Positions 55,465-64,000 of a DNA stretch of 64,000 bases are shown here, in pieces. The notes beneath the pieces were generated by a model. It did not search any database. It saw only the letters and a list, made by a program, of their open reading frames with translations, and was not told the origin of the DNA. Position 1 is the stretch's first letter. The number at the start of each line of letters is the position of its first letter. The position numbers and the translations under genes are program-made. This DNA comes from Eledone cirrhosa. Lineage: Eukaryota. The stretch lies in contig OZ024757.1 of NCBI GenBank assembly GCA_964016885.1, positions 9,238,001-9,302,000 on the forward strand, read 5' to 3'.

Positions 55465-58400
55465 AATATTGTGTACAGTGCTCAGGTGCACTACAACTCA
55501 TCAAAAGTGTATGTATAGTACATAGGGTAATGTACAAACGTCAGGAAAATGAACAGTGCATGAGTCATGCTACACGCATGTGTATGGAAGGGGTACATCA
55601 GGTGTAGTTTTGGCGTATTTCGGCAAGCATGAGTGTCTTAAAGGATGCAGTGTCTCGGCAGCTAACAACTGATGCAGGCAGTTTGTTCCATGGAGGTTTT
55701 AAAGGATGTAGTGTCTCGGCAGCTAACAACTGACGCTGGCAGTTTGTTCCATGCTTCAGCAACTCTGAGCGTGAAAAAATGTTTACGAACGTCATCGGAG
55801 CTGTGGTGTTTTCTGATTTTGTAGGCATGTCCACGTGTGTTAGACACATGGAGTTCAAAATGGTGCTCAGGGTTGTAATTGGCAAGATGGTTATTAACTT
55901 TGTGGGTATTTACCAAGTCCATTCCCAAACGTCGGAGCTTCAATGAATCCATGGCCAGGGAAGCAAGGCGTCAGAGTATGGTAGGTGTCTGATGCAGAGT
56001 ATGCGCTTGGTTGCATGTCTCTAAACAGTTTCCAGGAGGTCAATGTTCTGAGCAAGATAGGGGTTCCAGACTGATGATGCGAATTCCAAGTGTGGTCGTA
56101 CCATAGCTGTATACAGTTTTAAATAGATGGCTGGAGAGCGACTAATAAAGGTCTTGCTGAGTGATGCCAAGACACCCTCGGCCTTCTTGACAATTTTAGA
56201 GACTTGCTTTGTCCAACGCAAATCGCTGCTGACAGTAATGCCCAGGTCACGTTCACAAGAAGACTTCTTGATATCAGTGTTGTGGAGGGAGTATGTGGAC
56301 ACTGGATTTTTCCTCCCAAAATGCATGGTGGTGCACTTGTCAACAGCCAGCTTCAGTTGCCAGTCTGTGATCCATTGCTGCATTGTGTCCAGGTCTGATT
56401 GTAGGAAAGAGTTGTAGATTTCAGGATCAGTCCTTTTGATTTCAAGGTACAGCTTGATGTCATCTACATATTTCAGTACCATGGCATTCTGTAAATTGGA
56501 ATCTATGTCATTAATATATGCCACAAACAAAAGGGGACCAAGAACAGATCCCTGTGGTACACCAGATGACATCTCATATGGTGAAGAATGCTGTCCTAGA
56601 ACCGTGACTACCTCTTTTCGGCTGAGAATGAAGGATTTCAACCAGTTGAAAAGATCATCCCTCACACCCATTGCAAAGAGTTTTGCCATAAGTCTTTTGT
56701 GTGGCACAGAATTAAAAGCCTTAGCAAAGTCAAGGTAAACAACCTCCACCCATGAGCCGCTGACAGTGATCCGGGTGATGTCTTCAAGGAACTCGATAAG
56801 CTGATCACAGCAGCTGGAGTTAGGGATAAATCCAAACTGTGAGGGCCGGATGAGGCTGTGAGAGCTCCAGAAGTTCCAAAGTGTTTCTCTGACACAGGAT
56901 TCCATCAGTTTGGCCATACAGCTAGTAAGACTGACTGGACGATAGTTGACAGGTGACATGCGGTTGCCCTTTTTGAACAGGGGAATGACACTGGCAGTTT
57001 TCCACTGCTCCGAAGTAGCACCATTGTTGAGACAGTATTGAAAGAAGAACACCTTACTGTCAGGATTGGTTGCTATACACTGTTCAAATTCAAGCCCTGC
57101 CTTCTTTGTCACTTGCTTGAGATGGTAAGAAGATTTATTCCGCTTTTTTCTGTTGCATCTGATTTATGCAGTTTATATTCCCGTTCAGCGCTCCGACGTT
57201 CCTTCCTGGCAAGTTTCCCAAATTGCACTTTTGGGGTGTTTTTTTTTTGCTTACGTGGCACCGATGCTGCACACGCTATCCATATTGAGTCCAGGATGCT
57301 CTGGATTATAGTGTTCACATCTCCAGAGTTATCCATCTCATGCCAGTTTGGGCGCTGTAGCTCAGTGCAGTACAAGTTCCAATCTGCTTTCTTCCAATCA
57401 AAGCAAGCAGATTGGAGATGGCTCTGGTTTTTGTTGGTGCCCGCAAGAGCCAGATTGGCAATGATCATAGCATGATCAGAGTCGCCTAGAGATTCCTCAG
57501 TAGTACAACTGATAACCACTTCAGAAGTGTTGTCACCTCTTGTGACCAGTTTGAGTCCAACACTAGTTCAAGGAAATCGTTTGCACCTTGTGGCCAATGA
57601 AAGGTTTCCCAATCCATCTCAGGATGATTGAAGTCACCTGCAATAAACACATAAGTGGCTGTTTTCTTGGCAGCAACTCTGAGGATATCGCAAAGCTGTG
57701 TGTCCTGATGGTAGTTTGGGGGGGGGGGGATAAACAACACCAAGCAGAAGAGTTGACATGGTCATACGTATGTCACAGAAAAAAACTTCTTCCTGTGATT
57801 CGTTCAAATCAACGCAAGGAATTACCGAAAAGTTTGAACGAACGTAGACCATCACACCACCACCACGGCGGTTAATGCGGTCCTTGCGGAAAAGGTTGTA
57901 CCCAGTAATGCTGAAAACCCCATAACAGAGTAAGGAATGTGCCCATGTTTCTGTGACTGTGATGAAGTCAGGGTCGATACTTCTGACGTAGGATTCAAAC
58001 AGATGTATCTTGTTGCATAAACTGCGAGCATTTAAGGACAACAATTTGTACCCTGCTCGCAGTTTATGATGGTGTGTAGAGGGTGACAGGTTGTTCTGAT
58101 TTAGTTTACCAGAGTTGTAGCAGTTATTTCATTGCCAGTTATTGTGGGTAGATCACACTCAGAGCAGCTGGTATCTCTCTTCCACGTTTCACCAGCCTTA
58201 ACAAACCTCCAGATCTGCCCATCATCACGCAGACTAAAACTTTCATGTTGTGCTGAGTTCCGATTCAAGGAAGCTGCAGCACGGAGCTTTGGACGTACAT
58301 GGGGTGGTAGGCTTGGGCGTGTTCGGAAGGTAATCCGATTTTCACGCCCAGCTTTAACAGAGGCCAGATGGTATGAGATTGCCTCAGCGGGGTCCGAAAA

Positions 58401-60170
58401 AGACAGCCTGATGAGTCTGAATTTTGGACCAGGTCAACCAAGGCGGAGAGCACCCTTTGGGGGAACACAGCCTAGGTCTTTGGCTGAGCTGGCAGCAAAT
58501 GCCTGAAGATCAGCCTTGTCCTCTGGTACCCCAATGGCAATTATTTCATGGGTAGCAGATTCCGCAGTCTTCTCAGTGTGCCCAGATACATCAAGAGGTA
58601 CAGGGAGATTCTTTAGCAAAGCATTCCGATAAGACCCCTCATTGTGGGGTCCTACCCGAATGCTTGCCTTTATTCCTGTTACTTCCCTTCTTAAAGCAGA
58701 AATCATTAGTTGCAATTCTGCAAAACCTGTACTGGTCGGTTGTTGTTGTTGTTGTTTGCTGCTGTTGTTGTTGTTATTGTTGGTGGTGGTGGTGGTGGTG
58801 GTGGTGATGATGATGATGTTCCTCCACAGGAATGGTAGGGGAAGACTCAGCCGCCGGTTGTTGGTGTCGAGATGTACTGGGAGTGGAAGACATGGGTTGT
58901 TGTTGTTTCTGATGTTATCCCACAGGAATAGCAGCAGAAGCCAGTGTCATAGGTTTTTGCAGTTGTTCAGTAACAATGGTGGAGGGAGATACAGTCATCG
59001 GTTGCTGTTGTTGTTGTTGTTGTTTTTCAATAACATTAGTGGAGGCAGGCATACAGTCCAGGCACTGAAAGGACCAAGATTTTAGCTGGACCATCTCCCA
59101 GATTCCATCCATCATAGCATTATGATGTCTCTTTTTTTGGCCTGGGATCCTCCGGAAGCCTGTGGCGCATTGAAGGCAGACATAGATGTGCCAGGTTCCA
59201 CATTCGACCCAGCGATTACGGAACGAGTTTTCGGGTTCCGTACAGATATGGCAGATGTGATTTTCTGGGCAATGTTCTATTTTGGGACATCGACCGGTTT
59301 TGTCGCAAATTTCACCGATGGATATCACCATGGCAATTTTGTTATTTCTACCCATCCGTAGAAAAACACAGAATGTAAACAATATAGGTTTAGTGCACTT
59401 GATTACGATAGAAATAAAATGTCTGTTTTTTTTGTTTTGTTTTTTTTTGTGTATTTTGTTTCCGTTTTCCTAAATGTTGTGTGTGTACAGAAGAGTCTGT
59501 GCATGTAAACAAATAAATATGCTGCGTAAGTTAAATGAAACGTACTGTAGAAGGCAACAGTTTATTAACAGCGAAATAACGTTTTTTTTTGTATTTTTTT
59601 CCCGCTGATACTGCTTCTTTATAATAAACTTTCAATAATATTTTTTTTTTCAAATTATTAACTTTCAGCTGCTAGTATATATATATAATTAAAAGGTGTA
59701 TGTGGGTTAGAAGCGAAGTCAATGTTAAGAAATATTTTACCAATGTAAATTGGTAAACTTGGCCGGTTTTCTCACACGAAATAGTGTGGTTTCTTTTCAC
59801 GTGTGTGTATATGCATATGGTATATATCTGTATATAAATCTGTGTGTATATTGTTGTTTATATGTTTTGTGGAGTACTTACTGCGATCCTTAAGGGATGT
59901 AGTGATTTGTTTTGTTTTTTTTTCCTTTTTTCCACGTCCCTGTCCACACGTGGTTTGTTGGGGGAAAATCAAGTCAAATTCTATATACTTCGTTAAGATA
60001 ATTCTATCTTGAAACTGGTACTAGTTGTCAGGGAACAGTCAAAGTAATTGTAATAATGAATATTGTAATCCATCTGACATGTGTTTAAAGGGCAGTTTTT
60101 GGTGATAATATTATATTTTGTTTGGTCAAGACGTGGTCAAGCAACCTTCCTTGTCGCCATTTTGGCCGGC
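55441..60170 (-). mobile_element. Near full-length, degraded CR1-type LINE (ORF1 with PHD-like Cys motif; ORF2 EN + RT)
   Basis: ORF2 from ~58044: LNARSL, ETW, GGGVMVYV, AGDFN, SDH; RT motifs YRPVSLTS, QFGF, YLDFAKAF, GVPQGSVLGPLLF, YVDD. (TTA)n tail at ~55441-55462. ORF1 (~59382-58070) contains CHIC..WVEC..VCLQC..FQCLDC. The 5' boundary is inferred. Confidence 0.88.
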
Positions 60171-63100
60171 TATATTGTAGTGTGTTGTGATATATTGTAG
60201 TGTGGTGTGATATATTGTAGTGTGGTGTGGTATATTGTAGTGTGATGTGGCATATTGAAGTGTGGTGTGGTATATTGTATTGTAGTATGATATAGTGTAG
60301 TGTGGTGTGATATATTTTAGTGTGGTGTGGTATATTTTAGTGTAGTGTAATATATTGTTGTGTGGTGTGGTATTTTGTAGTGTGTTTTGATATAGTGTAG
60401 TGTAATATAGTGTACTGTGGTGTGGTATAGTGTAGTCTGGTGTGATATATCGTAGTGTGGTGTGGTATATGGTAGTATGGTGTGATATACTGTAGTGTGC
60501 TGTGATATATAGTAGTGTGATGTGATATAGTGTAGTGTGGTGTGGTATATTGTAGTGTGATGTGGTGTATTGTAGTGTGATATGGTATATTGAAGTGTGG
60601 TGTGTTATAGTGTAGTGTGGTGTGATATATTGTAGTGCGGTGTAGTATATTGTAGTGTAGTTTGGTATATTGTAGTGTGGTGTGGCATATTTTAGTGAGG
60701 TGTGGGATGTGGTAGTGTGATGTGATATAGTGTAGTGTCGTGTGGTATTTTGTAGTGTGTTGTGATATAGTGTAGTGTGGTGTGGAATAGTGTAGTCTGG
60801 TGTGATATATGGTAGTGGTGCGATATATTCTAGTGTGGTGTGATATACTGTAGTGTGGTGTGATATATTGTAGTGTGGTATGGTATATTGTAGTGTGGTG
60901 TAGTATATTGTAGTGTGGTGTCGCTTATTTTAGTGAGGTGTGGTATGTGGTAGTGTGTTGTGATATAGTATAGTTTGGTGTGATATATTGTAGTGCGGTG
61001 TGATATAGTGTAGTGTGATGTGATATATTGTAGTGTGGTGTGATATATTGTAGTGTGGTGTGGTATAGTGTAGTGTGGTGTGATATATTGTAGTGTAGTG
61101 TGATGTGATATAGTGTAGTGTGGTGTGGTATATTGTAGTGGGATGTGATATATTGTAGTGTGTTGTGATATAGTATAGTTTGGTGTGATATATTGTAGTG
61201 CGGTGTGATATAGTGTAGTGTGATGTGATATATTGTAGTGCGGTGTGATATATTGTAGTGTGGTGTGGTATAGTGTAGTGTGATGTGAAATATTGTAGTA
61301 GTTGTGATATAGTCTAATGTGGTATATTGTAGTGTGATATATTGTAGCGTGGTGTTATATATTGTAGTCTGGTGTGATATACTGAAATGTGGTGTGATAT
61401 ATTATAGTGTGATGTGATATATTGTAGTATGGTGTCGTATATTGTAGTGTGGTGTGATATATTGTAGTGTGGTGTGGTATATTGTAGTGTGGTTTGATAT
61501 ATTGTAATGTGGAGTGGAATATTGTATTGTGGTGAGATATAATGTAGTGTGGTGTGATATAGTGTTGTGTGGTGTGGTATACGTAGTGTGGCGTGGCATA
61601 TTGTAGTGTGGTGTGGTATAATGTAGTGTGATGTGAAATAATGTATTGTGGTCTGCTATATTGTAGTGTGGTATATTGTAGTGTGGTGTAGTATATTGTA
61701 GTGTGGTTTGATATATTGTATTGTGTTGTGGTATATTGTAGTGCGATGTAGTATATTTTAGTGTAGGGTAGTATATTTTAGTGTGATGCGGTGTGGTGTG
61801 GCATATTGTAATGTCGTGTGATATATTGTAGTGTGGTATTGTATATTGTAGTGTGGTGAAGTATATTGTATTGTGGTGTGATATAGTTTAGTGTGGTGTG
61901 GTATAGTGTAGTGTGGTGTGGTATATTGTAGTGTGGTGTGATATATTGTGGTGTGGTGTGGTATATTGTAGTGTGGTGTTGTATATTGTAGCGTGATGTA
62001 GCATATTGTAGTGTGGTGTGGTATATTGTAGTGTGGTGTGGTATATTGTCGTGCGATGTATTATAGTGTAGTGCAGCGTGATATATTGTAGTGTGGTGTG
62101 ATATATTGTAGTGTGGTGTGGTATATTGTAGTGTGGTGTGATATAGTGTAGTGTGGTGTGGTATACTGTAATGTGGTGTGGTGGGCTATATGGTAGTGTG
62201 GTGTGACATGTTGTAGTGTGGTGTGGTATATTCTAGTGTGATGGGGTATATTGTGGGTGTGGTGTGCTATATAGTATTATGGTGTTATATAGTGTAGTGT
62301 GGTGTGGTATATTGTAGTGTGGTGTGGTATAGTGTAGTGTGGTAAATTGTAGTGTGGTGTGGTATATAGTAGTGTGGTGTTATATAGTGTAGTGTGGTGT
62401 GATATATTGTACTGTGGTGTGGTATAGTGAAGTGTGCTGCGATATTGTAGTGTGATGTGGTATATTGTGGGTGTGGTGTGCTATATAGCAGTATGGTGTT
62501 ATATAGTGTAGTGTGGTGTGGTATATTGTAGTGTGGTGTGGTATAGTGAAGTGTGCTGTGATATATTTTAGTGTGGTGTGGTATAGTGTAGTGTGATGTG
62601 AAATAATGTATTGTGGTCTACTATATTATAGTGTGGTATATTGTAGTATGTTGCGATATATTGTAGTGTGGTTTGGTGTATTGTAATGTCGTGTGGTATA
62701 TTGTAGTCTGATATATTGTAGTGTGGCATCTTGTAGTGTGTTCTGATATATTGTAGTGTGGTATGGTATATTGTAGTATGGTGTAGTATATTGTAGTGTG
62801 GTGTCGCATATTTTAGTGAGGTGTGGTATGTGGTAGTGTGATGTGATATAGTGTAGTGTGGTGTGGTATACTGTAGTGTGGCGTGATATAGTGTACTGTA
62901 GTGTGATATATTGTAGCGTGGTGGGATATATTGTAGTGTGGTGTGATATAGTGTAGTGTGGTGTGATAAATGGCTGTGTGGTGTGTCATGGTGTAGTGTG
63001 GTGTGATTTAGTGTAGTGTGGTGTGGTATAATGTAGTGTCGTGTGATATACTGTAGTGTGGCGTGATATCTAGTATTGTGATGTGATACAGTGTAGTGTG

Positions 63101-64000
63101 GTGTGGTATATTGTAGTGGGATGTGGTATATTGTAGTGTGTTTTGATATAGTATAGTTTGGTGTGATATATTGTAGTGCGGTGTGATATAGTGTAGTGTG
63201 ATGTGATATATTGTAATGCGGTGTGATATATTGTAGTGTGGTGTGGTATAGTGTAGTGTGGTGTGATATATTGTAGTGTGGTGTGGTATAGTGTAGTGTG
63301 ATGTGATATATTGTAGTGTGGTGTGATGTGAAATATTGTAGTAGTTGTGATATAGTCAAATGTGGTATATTGTAGTGTGATATATTGTAGCCTGGTGTTA
63401 TATATTGTAGTCTGGTGTGATATACTGAAATGTGGTGTGATATATTATAGTGTGGTGTGATATATTGTAGTATGGTGTCGTATATTCTAGTGTGGTGTGA
63501 TATATTGTATTGTGGTGTGGTATATTGTAGTGTGGTTTGATATATTTTAATGTGGAGTGGAATATTGTATTGTGGTGAGATATAATGTAGTGTCGTGTGA
63601 TATAGTGTTGTGTGGTGTGGTATACGTAGTGTGGTGTGGTATATTGTAGTGTGGTGTGGTATAATGTAGTGTGATGTGAAATAATGTATTGTGGTCTGCT
63701 ATATTGTAGTGTGGTATATTGTAGTGTGGTGTAGTATATTGTCGTGTATTATGATATATTGTATTGTGGTTTGGTATATTGTAGTGCGATGTAGTATATT
63801 TTAGTGTGGGGTAGTATATTTTAGTGTTCTGTGGTGTGGTGTGGTGTGGCATATTGTAGTGTCGTGTGATATATTGTAGTGTGGTATTGTATATTGTAGT
63901 GTGGTGTAGTATATTGTAGTGTGGTGAAGTATATTGTATTCTGGTGTGATATAGTTTAGTGTGGTGTGGTATAGTGTAGTGTGGTGTGGTATATTGTAGT
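60171..64000. repeat. GT-rich degenerate 20-bp satellite (TATATTGTAGTGTGGTGTGR), runs off the right edge
   Basis: Directly visible; built of 5-mers and strongly C-poor on the plus strand. Confidence 0.97.

Noticed and set aside
58132-59361. Plus-strand ORFs with poly-C/L/V runs
   Set aside because: Antisense to CR1 ORF1 and its CAA/CAG tracts.
61402-63852. His/Thr/Tyr-rich ORFs up to 263 aa
   Set aside because: Stop-poor translations of the minus strand of the GT satellite.
60171-64000. Telomeric repeat
   Set aside because: No TTAGGG tandem array; the unit is a degenerate 20-mer.

Overview
Eukaryotic, repeat-dense window. It is most likely from an octopus or other cephalopod; this is inferred from the C2H2 zinc-finger codon style, the tRNA-derived SINE and the RTE/CR1 LINE content. 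Bases 1-~24995 are an 85-bp satellite (~294 monomers) with a higher-order structure built on a 44-mer of ~3.73 kb. The middle of the window is a C2H2 zinc-finger cluster: ZF-A (minus, 10 fingers, one internal stop), ZF-B (plus, 8 fingers, intact ORF) and ZF-C (minus, ~16 fingers, disrupted). It also holds an 80-bp minisatellite made from a dead finger and an 'empty' cassette copy lacking the finger array. ZF-A and ZF-B lie in the two arms of a ~5.3-5.6 kb inverted duplication whose flanks are conserved but whose internal fingers differ at the DNA-contact positions. Diverged monomers of the 85-bp satellite are fused directly to the 3' end of ZF-C. Also present: RTE and CR1-type LINEs, SINEs, a head-to-tail Helitron-like tandem, a candidate Penelope-type minimal hammerhead ribozyme, several minisatellites, and a GT-rich 20-bp satellite from 60171 to the end. 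All alignments were done by eye, so boundaries are approximate and no identities were computed.
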